Position numbers and translations under genes: made by a program. The notes under the pieces were generated by a model, which was not told where the DNA came from, searched no databases, and saw only the letters and a program-made list of their open reading frames with translations. Shown here in pieces: positions 24,101 to 36,100 of a stretch of DNA of 64,000 nt. How positions within the stretch are numbered: position 1 is the first letter of the stretch; the number at the start of each line of letters is the position of its first letter. This stretch comes from Antedon mediterranea (taxonomy: Eukaryota; Animalia; Echinodermata): contig NC_092671.1 of assembly GCF_964355755.1 (NCBI RefSeq), positions 24,688,070-24,752,069 on the forward strand, in the 5' to 3' direction.

Positions 24101-27100
24101 CCCCATGTATACGGCACCGTACCCCATGTATACGGCACCGTACCCCATGTATACGGCACCGCACCCCATGTATACGGCACCGTACCCCATGTATACGGCA
24201 CCGTACCCCATGTATACGGCACCGTACCCCATGTATACGGCACCGTACCCCATGTATACGGCACCGTACCCCATGGGAAACAATTAGCGTTACACAAGGA
24301 AAATCACAGATTGCTCATTCTTCTCTCGTACGTACTGTTTACAGTCAATTCTTTTCTTATTTTTAACTTTTGAATTTAATATTATTTTTATTGTGGATAC
24401 AAAAAGTGTGATCTTTAACCAATTTTATTTATTTTTTTTATAATAAATAATATTTAACTATATTCTCCAGATAGTATTAAATATTTAAACATTTTTTATT
24501 TAGTGGGCCACAGGTGCTGTTTCAAACCCACGGTCTACGAAGAAGTTCACGATTATTTAGTAATGCTAATACAAATTCAGTAAAGGTAGGCATTAAACAC
24601 ATGCTTATTTCTTTAATAATGTCATTTTATTGTAATCATGTTGGATCCACAATGAGTTCAAGCCACTGCCCTTACCTCCTCTTGAAAGGAGGAAAATGTA
24701 AAAGTGGAGTGAAAGTATTGGCTCCTGTTCACCACTCTTTTTGGCAGAGTTAACTGTATTAAACAACATATTTGATTATTAGATATTAATAGCAATTAAA
24801 AAAACGAAACTAGATTGATTTAACATATTCTAGTATTTCAAAAGAGTTATGTTTAAGAAGATAACCGAACATAAAATGCCTGTAAATAGTTGTTAATTGA
24901 CTATGATCATTTTAACTCTTCTTCTTACAAACTTCACCGACTTTTCATTTGATTTAAAAACCTAGGAAAATACTACAGGAAAACGAATAATAAGAGGAAA
25001 ATCCATGTCAAAAAATGTTAAAGGGAAAACGAAAAGTAAACCGACAAAGCCATCTACAATGACGCAGCCCTCCGACAATGACATCCAGAAACCTGAGAAC
25101 ACACCATCAGATCTGAAATCAACACCAGTCAATCAACAAGCAAGGTTGCTCAATTTTCAAAAGGCATCAGCTGGTAAGCTATCATAATGAATACATTTAC
25201 AGAATATTACTGTCTATTACTGAACTCTGTAAAGCCCAATCTGGGTATATATCTATTAAGTATTACTCTAATTACTAAATATTTTTATGAGATATAGTTT
25301 GTGTGACATTCACAGAACACCATAAGATTATGGGAAAAAAACATTTTTTTTGGTTAAAGATGTATTGTTCCAAAAAAACATGAAAAATGAATTTAATAAA
25401 ATCAGACTTGATATCTAATGGTGATAATTTACACGTTCTAAAGCGCTGTCTACACTATCAACATTTATTTGACAAAAAAAAATGCCCATATATGGACATG
25501 TTGAGGTCATACCACTAGGATATTTAGGCAAATCATCACCATATTTGGGACACTTTTTTTTTGTCAAACTAGTTTGATAGTGTAGGCAGAGCTTGATGCA
25601 TGTTCGGCTTATAACAAGTTTTAGAATGTTTGCTGACTAATTACGTTTAAAAACATCAACCTTTTGTGCGGGTCATCCAGGGCTCGATTTATCTTTTTCA
25701 TGTTGCTAGCCCACTGGGCTAGTTCACTGTAGATTTCACTAGCCCATACATTATTTTACTAGCCCACTCTTATTATCGCACCGTGATAGCAGGGCCGCCA
25801 TATAAATGAATTCAGGCATTTTGTACAATAGAGGGCGCACTAATCTAAACGCTCGAGAATTGCTAAACATTTACATAAATACTGTGTTATGCGCGATTTG
25901 AACGATTTGCGCAATTTAAAATTGCGCAAAGAATTCTTACGCAATTTGAAATTGCGCAAGGATTTTCTTGCGCAAAAATCCAATCGTTATTAGTCTTATT
26001 AATCGTCATTAGTACTGATATTGGAATTGAAATTATTATATTACTATTGGTATTTATTTATCCTCATATTATGTGTGAATATGGTATTTTATAGAACCAT
26101 TGGGAATTCGAGATTTTTTTTATTCGTCAAAAAAAATTCGGGAGGGAGGCTCCCGGGAGGGTAAGGAAATGCGATATTATCTTTAATTTTGAATCATTCT
26201 TAGAAATTACTAACAAAATATGGGTGTGCATGATTTCACAATCTGTCGAAAAACCTTGCGCAATTTGCAGATTACTTGCGCAATTTAATACGTTGCTTGC
26301 GCAATTTGAAACACATGTTTCAATTTAAAATTGCGCAAGAAAATCATTGCGCAAATCGTTCAAATCGCGCATAACAACTGTATTAAACTATTATTGCATG
26401 ACAAATTACACAAAATTGTATTTCTTTATTGTTCACATTATAAAAATTAACTTTGCGTCGCGACGCATAGTCTATTTCATGCTCACCATATTCACAGAAT
26501 CGATCTATTGAGGTCTTTTTGTTGTTGGGCTTCAACCTAGCCGAGAAAACTAATTAGATTCTGTCTACCTTAGGCTAGGCCTAGAGAGCCTATTATTTAT
26601 AGTATTAGTAGGGTAGCTAGGATAGACCTAGGCCTACCTAGCCTAGCTAGATCGCATTGGAGCACCTGGCCTACTCTACTCAACTGTTACCAAAATGGTA
26701 GTATCTAGCTAGGCCTAGCTGCTGAGCAGCCATCACGATGCCAAACGATGGCTTTTGATTCTATCTAGGCCTACGCATATTATAAAATATGGCCTCCATG
26801 GCCTACCTACAGGGATAGAGCCAGCCACCCGGCCCTACAAAATATCCCTAGCTTTGATCTGTGACAACCAGGCCTGACAAGACTAGACAAGTTTTTTTTA
26901 ACATTGACAAAATTCTACTACATTTGGCCAATCACAGCACTGTCGAGCAGACAATTTTTCAGCTTATGAAATATTCTCACCAACCAACTCATAAACATCA
27001 GTTATTTGTATATTAATTTATGTTATGCTATGTTATAGATGTTATATAATATATGTTTTTAAAATTTTACAGAAGGGCTGATGTCTTTATTAAGAGACAT

Positions 27101-30100
27101 GGGAAAAGCGTATTCATCATTGTGTCAATTTGACTGTAGAAAAGCAATAGCGCAGTTTTCTAATCTTATGCCGCATCATTACAACACTGGATGGGTATTA
27201 TCACAGGTTGGAAAGGCAAGGTTTGAATTAGCTGAGTATCAACAGGTAACAACTTAAATCATCACAATTACCTACATTTTATTTTTGTGTTTAATAATAA
27301 TAATATCTTTAATTTCGAAATGGATACAAAACGTGATTGGTATTTTTTCCAAGGCAACTTGTGGGTTTACTTATGGGTTTTTTAGTTTCCAACATCAGGG
27401 TTTGCCATATAATTAATCTCGAATAAAAGTGGTACTTAGAAAATGGTACAATCCATGAACACTGCCACCAATTGGTATACGGCATAGTAACCAAACACAG
27501 TTTAGACATTTTTCTAATCAAATTATTAAGAATGTCACTTTTTTAATTCCTTTTTTCACTTTGGTGAGGCACTTGTTATTTTGTTCGCATTTTTTTCAAC
27601 CCGTTGTGTGGATTTTTAAACTCTTTTTTTGTTGTCTTTGTAATTCTCTTATGACAAAATAAATTAAATCAAAAATAAACCAGACATAATATTAAACTAC
27701 TTAGATAAATGTTAATTTGTTTATATTAATATGAAATAAAATGTTGGATATTGACATTAGTAATAACTATTACAATATTTATAGGCTGTAAAACTTTTCA
27801 AAGAAGTAAGGCGGATAGAGCCGCACAGGACAGAAGGAATGGCTCTATACTCCACAGCATTGTGGCATCTCCAGAAGGAAGTGGCATTGTCGTCATTGGC
27901 TCAGGAGCTGGTTGAATTTGATAAAGCATGCCCTGAAGTAAGGCTCTAATAATAAAATAAATAAATATTAAATTGGGCCCGCAGTATATTAAATTTAAAA
28001 CGAGTAAGTAAAATCCATAAATTCATCCATGTGGCTCCCTATTATATATATGGAATGATCCAAATAAATTCGCCCAAAACGTGCCTGTGTTATGTGCGCT
28101 GCATGCATGCATCACATGGATGGATCAGATTTCATTCATTTCAATCATTGTTGATTTTTTGGCTACGGGTTTTAACTCGCCATAAAAAAAAAAAAAAAAA
28201 TGGGATGTAGGCCTAGTTACAGTAGGCCCAGGTAGATAGTAAATTCGATGACTTCTAGCTAGCTAGGCTATAGGCATATTGTAATTGTATATATCGAATA
28301 TGCAGTATATAGCTACTGCAGCAGCTCTAGCAGTTCAATAAACTAAGAGTAACTAGGCCTGGGGAAAATACGCCAAGGAAAAGAGTCTTTGGTACACTCA
28401 TTGTGAAAATAAGCTAGCTAGCTTTCCCCCATATATTAGATTTGGTTATATTGTATTATTTTAATAACCTACTCTAGCTAGTAGTATATCAACAACGGTG
28501 AAATGGAAATACGATGCATTATGGATATCATCAGAGTTAGGGGGTGCCAACAAAACATTAACACTTTGACTGCCAGAGGTTTTTCCAGTTAGAAACTGCC
28601 ACCGCCAGCGTTTATAGCCCAATTCAATGTTTTTATTAAAGCTGATTGAAACTATGTATGTGATCTGATTTACATGTAATTTAGACTAAAATAATCATAA
28701 AGATTTTAGCTTTACAATGGTACCAAGAACGATTTTCAAATCGCTATATGTAAATCGTAATAGTAAAATGAAAGTAACTCACTTTTTGAGTTTTTCGTAG
28801 TTTCGCGCAAGAAAGTCGAGATATTCGCGATTTTCTGCAAGACATCACAATATGAAAATATCTCCCGGGGAGATAAACAAACAACGAAAAAGTTACTTAC
28901 ACGGCACCGGTAGGCCTATAAAAACAAGTTATCACTATCGAAAAATGTATTACATTTCATAAATCATAAATCTTACATCAATGTTTCGCCAAAATCCACA
29001 TAGTAAAGACACCAGGCCTAGTTAACTAGGCCTAAAGTTGGTCCGGAACCGTTTTACGACTAGGCCTAGGCTATAGCCTAGTACTACTAGCCTAGCTAGT
29101 AAACTGATGATAATATTTATACCATTTCTAAACAAGTTTGTTGCGTGAAACTCGGCCACTTACAGTGAAACACCAAAACAATTTAGGGTATACATACAAT
29201 AATAAAATTAAAGACTTCATATTGAAAATTCATCCATTATTTTTTATTCAGATAACAAACAAACATGCCAATCCACATAAACCTTTGTAATGCTTCGGCG
29301 GCATAGCTAGCGCGCGACCGATACACAATGCGCCAAACCATCGCTGTACGCGCTACTGTGATGCGCGGTGTATGTTATTTCGACACGTACCATTTTGACA
29401 ATCATTCGTAACCAGATTAGTTACTTTCAAAAAGTAAAATATTCACGGTCCAGACCGAATATAGTGTCGATATTTATAGTATATACCAATAATTAACCTC
29501 ATCTACCGGATTTCGTAAAAAAATGCGAAAAACGAAGATCTTCGTGTTTGGCAGTCAAGCGTTGTGTTTCCAAAAACGAAGATCTTCGTGTTTGGCAGTC
29601 AAAGTGTTAAACAGCCAGAAATACAAAAAAGAAGCTCCGACGTTTTTATTTAGAGCATTTTACTATTTTAGGCATACAGAACTAATTGCTGTAAATTTCC
29701 TAGAGTTGTCACTGATAAATACAATTTAACATAACCTACATATAACTTAAAAAATCCAAATGATAAATTTTACGTGAACGCAGTAAAACCAACCAGTTAA
29801 ATGTTTGTTAAATAATTATTTTACATCTCCCTGGTAAAATGGTACCCTACGCCCCTATTTTTATGCCTCCATCATTGATAAGCCGAGCGGTATTTAATTA
29901 TTTTTATTATTTAATTCGTAAATTTTAAAAAAAAATCGTTAATATAAATATGTGAACCTTTGTAACTTTTTTTTGTATATGCGCGGGCGCGATACTATTT
30001 AATAAGATAGGCTTTATTCATATCATTGGCGTGGAGTGGTAAACAACTATGAGCCTAGTTGATACCGCCTCGTAACTATGTATTGACGTTTTACTATAAT

Positions 30101-33100
30101 ATTGAATATGCACTGTTAGTGTTACTTTAAAAAAGGATGTAATAAAACTGTGTACAATATTAGTAGGTAATAGGTTTTTTGTGCCCCCTCTGTACACACG
30201 CCTGCCGGCTATTTGTTTATCATTTTAATGAATGTAGTACGAGTCTAACTCCAAATAAAGATATAGAACACATTTTGAGAATTCAAAGTGTTGATCTTTT
30301 TTAAGAATCTGATATTACCATGAATCATCTTTTTACATAATATACAGCATAAGCATGTACAATCTAATTTAATTGTCACACAATTGAATTAACAAAGGAC
30401 AAGGATTTCAAATAAACTGTTACAAATAAACAATTATTAATGAAATAGTTGGGGTATTGTTGGGTCCATGGGAAATCAACAATGTTTAGTAGACTTATTT
30501 AATTTGTTATTTAAAGTTGAGGGTAGTTATTTTTTAAACATATTGGAATACCAAGAAAATAAAGAAAGATATGTTTTATGATTTCTTAATCACCAAGCAG
30601 AAATACCGCTGAGATAAATGAAAGCAATTCAATCTGTTCGCTACCGGGAATAAATTGAGATTCGATATAATTGTATTTACTATCACCACTAATTGTGTTT
30701 TTTTTTCCCCTCGGCGGAAGTGATCGACTTTATATTCAAAATCCGAATGTATTCATCGTTAAATAATAATTATTATTATTATACAATGACCCCACTTCTG
30801 TTTTGGGTCATGGTTTTCCTCTTCGGCATTGCCGAATTATTGTTACTCCATCTCCATTGCTACAACACACGTCGCGGAATAATATCGCTTAACATAACGA
30901 TGTAATTTGACCACCCAAAGCTCGCACGTGGCGTGACGAATTGAGAACGACGAACCCGATGATTCACCCGATGATATGCATGATTGGCCACCAGGGAGCC
31001 GAGTCGACAACGAGTTGGAACTGTAGGGAACCGAGCAACGCTCGGTCGTCGTCGGCGGCTGCACTTACTGACCTGTCATATTTTATAAAGGAAAACTGCA
31101 AACAACATCGTCGATTTGTGAAAATGGCCCCTTGTTTTTTCTAGGCCTACCTAGTAGTATACCTGTTTAGCGTACTTTATTTACTTGCGAAAAACGTTGT
31201 TTGAATTTTATCGGTAGCCTAGGCTATCTAATAAATATAGAAATAAATATGATCTTATGTACTAGCTCCTCCTACTACTTGCTAATAATTAATACTACTA
31301 GACTAGGCCTATCTAATGGCTGGTGCTAGCTAGGCCTAACCCTAGGCCAGAGCCTACGTACGTATTTGTTGTAATGACAATTTAAATGTTTTATTTAGCT
31401 CTATTCTACTCATTACTGCTATTATAATTTATAAAATGGCCTAGTTTGTTCGTATATGATTCGTATACGTCCCGTATACGATATTCTTATCATGAATAAA
31501 CAACGTATACGTTACGTATGCTAAACGTATACGACGCCAACTCTTTGTGGGGAGCAACAGAGTGGAAATAATGTAAACAGTGAAATCGTATACGATCCGT
31601 ATACGTCGTATACGTTTTCAGCGTATACGGATCGTATACGGCTTTTTTGCAAAGGGTAGGTATAAGATGAAAGGCCTTAAAATTAGCTGTCTGGATGTGG
31701 TTATACCTGGCTCAATCTCTTTCTGGTCAATACATTTCTGCATTATTTAATCATACAAAGAACACCCTTAGTGTGTATGAAATTCTATTTTTATCAATTT
31801 CATTTTTTGTATGTGTCTCTGCAGACTTGGTGCACCTCTGGAAATTGTTTCAGCTTGCAGAAGGAACATGATATTGCTATAAAGTTTTTCCAACGAGCAA
31901 TTCAGGTAAGAGTATGGAGCTTCTCACGCTAGTGGATTGTTAGTTCAGATTGGGGGCCTACCCGATCGCAGACTGTGTGAAAACATCCGATCTTGATACA
32001 GATAGATCAAGATCGGTTATCCAGATCAGGAACGCTATTAAACGGTTAACAATTTGACCTCTGTTTCTTTAATAGCCAATCTACTTCTAGTATTCCATTG
32101 GTGCCCATCAGGGTTCTGACTGTTTCAGTATATTTTTGCTTGGTTTTGGGATTTTTTTCACATGAGAATTCCAGAAATACAACCTCATTAGATCATTTTA
32201 TTTCTGGTTATAAAATACCCATACACTACTCCAGATAAGGAACGAACTGGATTGTTTTCAGTTTGCCCTCTTTTTTGAACTTTTCTATCTGGATAATGCT
32301 AACCATTAGATTGTGTGTGTGAATACAGCCTATATTGTTTTCAGTTTGCCCTCTGTTTTGGATTTTTCTTTTTGGATAATGCTGACCATTATATTGTGTG
32401 TGTGAATACAGCCTATATTGTTTTCAGTTTGCCCTCTGTTTTGGACTTTTCTATCTGGATAATGCTAACCATTATATTGTGTGTGTGAATACAGCCTTTA
32501 TTGTTTTCAGTTTGCCCTCTGTTTTGAACTTTTCTATCTGGATAATGCTAACCATTAGATTGTGTGTGTGAATACAGCCTATATTGTTTTCAGTTTGCCC
32601 TCTGTTTTGAACTTTTCTATCTGGATAATGCTAACCATTAGATTGTGTGTGTGAATACAGCCTATATTGTTTTCAGTTTGCCCTCTGTTTTGGATTTTTC
32701 TTTTTGGATAATGCTGACCATTATATTGTGTGTGTGAATACAGCCTATATTGTTTTCAGTTTGCCCTCTGTTTTGGACTTTTCTATCTGGATAATGTTAA
32801 CCATTATATTGTGTGTGTGAATACAGCCTTTATTGTTTTCAGTTTGCCCTCTGTTTTGAACTTTTCTATCTGGATAATGCTAACCATTAGATTGTGTGTG
32901 TGAATACAGCCTATATTGTTTTCAGTTTGCCCTCTGTTTTGGACTTTTCTATCTGGATAATGCTAACCATTAGATTGTGTGTGAATACAGCCTTTATTGT
33001 TTTCAGTTTGCCATCTGTTTTGGACTTTTCTATCTGGATAATGCTAACCATTATATTGTGTGTGTGAATACAGCCTTTATTGTTTTTCAGTTTGCCCTCT

Positions 33101-36100
33101 GTTTTGAACTTTTCTATCTGGATAATGCTAACCATTATATTGTGTGTGTGAATACAGCCTTTATTGTTTTCAGTTTGCCCTCTGTTTTGAACTTTTCTAT
33201 CTGGATAATGCTAACCATTATATTGTGTGTGTGAATACAGCCTTTATTGTTTTCAGTTTGCCCTCTGTTTTGGACTTTTTTATCTGGATAATGCTAACCA
33301 TTATATTGTGTGTGCGAATACAGCCTTTATTGTTTTCAGTTTGCCCTCTGTTTTGGACTTTTCTATCTGGCTAATGCTAACCATTATATTGTGTGTGTGA
33401 ATACAGTATTTATTGTTTTCAGTTTGCCCTCTGTTTTGGATTTTTCTATCTGGATAATGCTAACCATTAGATTGTGTGTGTGAAAACACCCTTTATTGTT
33501 TTCAGTTTGCCATCTGTTTTTGGACTTTTCTATCTGGATAATGCTAATCATTAGATTGTGTGTGTGAATACAGCCTTTATTGTTTTCAGTTTGCCATCTG
33601 TTTTGAACTTTTCTATCTGGCTAATGCTAACCATGTGTGTAAATACAGCCTATATTGTTTCCGGGTTGTCATCTGTTCTAATTTAAGTTATTGTTTTGGT
33701 TGTCAATCCTTTAATAATTTTATTAAATTTGTTTGATTTGCAGGTTGATTCAGATTGTGCTTATGCTTACATATTGCTAGGCCATGAGTATGTATCAACA
33801 GAAGAACTTGATAAAGCCATGTGCTGTTTCAGAAGTGCCATCAGGATTGACTCAAGGCATTACATAGCCTGGTAAATTGATTTTAAGTGGTTAATTAAGA
33901 GCATACCAAAGCCATCAAATCAGCACAGTTTCTGGTGGTAGAACAAGTCTTCTTGGATAAGGATTAAAACTTGTCCAGTGTCTTGTCACTTTAAAGAACC
34001 CAGGACCTTCTTTTAGAAGAGTAGGAGCTATTTTCCCAACTTTATGGTATGAGTTTAGAAAAAATGAAAATATAAAATAGAAGTAAAGAAATATATATGT
34101 TTTAAATGTTTTGTTTTAAACTTGATCTTAATAGGTATGGTACAGGTATGATCTACTATAAGCAAGAAAAGTTTAGCCTTGCAGAGGTACACTTTAAAAA
34201 AGCTCTGATGATAAATCCACAGAGCCCTGTACTCATGTGTCACATAGGAGTAGTTCTACATGCACTTCAACGGCCTGCAGAAGCACTTGAAATGCTCAAG
34301 AAAGCTCTTGTTCTAGACCCTAACAATGCACTTTGCAAGTTTCGCAAAGCATCTATACTTTTTGCTATGGAAAGGTATAAGGTAAGAAATATGTTGATTA
34401 GTAATTTGTTTAAGGTCTTTTTGTACTAATCTGTACCTTCTGTATGTTATGGTGTACCACACTGTAAAGATTCTTAAATCTCTGGAGATGTTGTATTACA
34501 ATTGAGAATGTTGCTAGGCTTACGTAAGCACTGTTAGTGCTCTAACATGTTTGCCACAAGGATAATACCCTCTTTTTATGAGCATGTCCGCAAGTGCGTC
34601 TATGGTTTTAGAATAAAAGTTTTGAATAGTGAAAATGATCTTGTTAGGTGTACTACGAACGATCTGTTGTGATTTTCAAATCTCTTCACTAAACGGGGAA
34701 AAATCCTATTTAGTGTGATTTTCTGTTTTGTTTGTTGGAATTTTTATTCTAAAATAAAGTGATCAATCAATCAATAACATAAGGCATGATTAGGAAATCT
34801 ATTTAATTATTTCCAAAACTTCTTTTTCACTGCTCACCACTGCCCATAAAGCTTGCCCCAAATGTTCTGTTCAAGCCAGCAGGCAAGATATCACTCAGAT
34901 AAGACACGTGTACCAGTTAGGAAACATGTATTTTATTTTTTCTGTAATTTATCTTAATATATCAACAAAATCAAATTGCATACATTATTTTTTGCATCTA
35001 ATTTTCAGACATATTTCTCAGACAAATTTTTACTGATGAGAAAAATTCTAATTTTAATTGATATACAGTATTCTATAATACAGAAAGTATACAAAATGGC
35101 AATCCTGCCACCTGTTTGTTTGCTGTGACTGCATACATTTCATGAAACAAAGCCTATTCTTAATTACTGTGTTCTAAATAAATATGTTTGCAGGCTGCTC
35201 TTGATGAATTAGAAGAACTGAAGCAGATTATTCCAAAAGAATCATTGGTGTATTTTCTTATGGGAAAAGTAAGTATAAAGCCTAAATTAACCTAAAAGGA
35301 ACTACTTTTTCAATTGAAGAGTAGTTGTAGAGTGGTATTTATTTGACTAGCACTGTACCTGACTGTTATTCTTTTCTTTTAAGGTAGAAATAACCTACAA
35401 AATACCCTAAATATTAATTAACCAAATGCTCTAAAATAACCTCAAACTATGAAAGACAAATTAACATGTATGGGTTGTGAATCAGAAACCATTCAGCCAA
35501 AGAACAGAAAACTTTCAACATTATTTTCCAAATGTAATGTCATAAAAGAATACAATTTACTTTAAAGTAAAAATGGTGAGAAAAATGAGATCAATACACA
35601 TAGGACATCCTTGTAACATGATGATGATTACGGTTGATATTTAATTTATGTTCATGCTTAGGTAATTAATGTTATAATCTGTTAGTGTATCACACTATTT
35701 TAAACATGGACCTAACTTCTACTGAAAATTGTAATTGCTATAGGTTTACAAGAAACTTGGTCAAACCCACCTGGCATTGATGAACTTCTCCTGGGCAACT
35801 GATCTTGACCCAAAAGGTGCTAATAACCAGATCAAAGAAGCTATTGACAAACGATATCTACCTGATGAAGATGACTCAGTAGCTGCCATGTATGCAATAG
35901 AGCATGTCACACCTGGTAAGGATCAGTGCTGTAACAGCTATGAGCGGTCATTGGCTAAAGGCTGCTGCTACACTCCAGGACAATAACGATCAATGATAAA
36001 TAGTTAAACATACATTTTTCTGACAGAAAAGAAAAGAAATTAGTAAAGTTTTAATTTTAGAATAATCATTTATGCTGTCTTAAAATAATGCTTAAAAAAA

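Noticed and set aside
23900-24297. Repeat ORFs such as (MYTAPYP)n resembling a heptad-repeat protein
   Set aside because: Artefact of a stop-free 21-bp minisatellite inside an intronic MITE; open in several frames on both strands
30843-31144. GC-rich ORFs in CDC27 intron 13
   Set aside because: No recognisable domain; adjacent to a probable transposon end
32911-33374. ORFs in the 83-bp array
   Set aside because: Unit length is not a multiple of three; intronic tandem repeat
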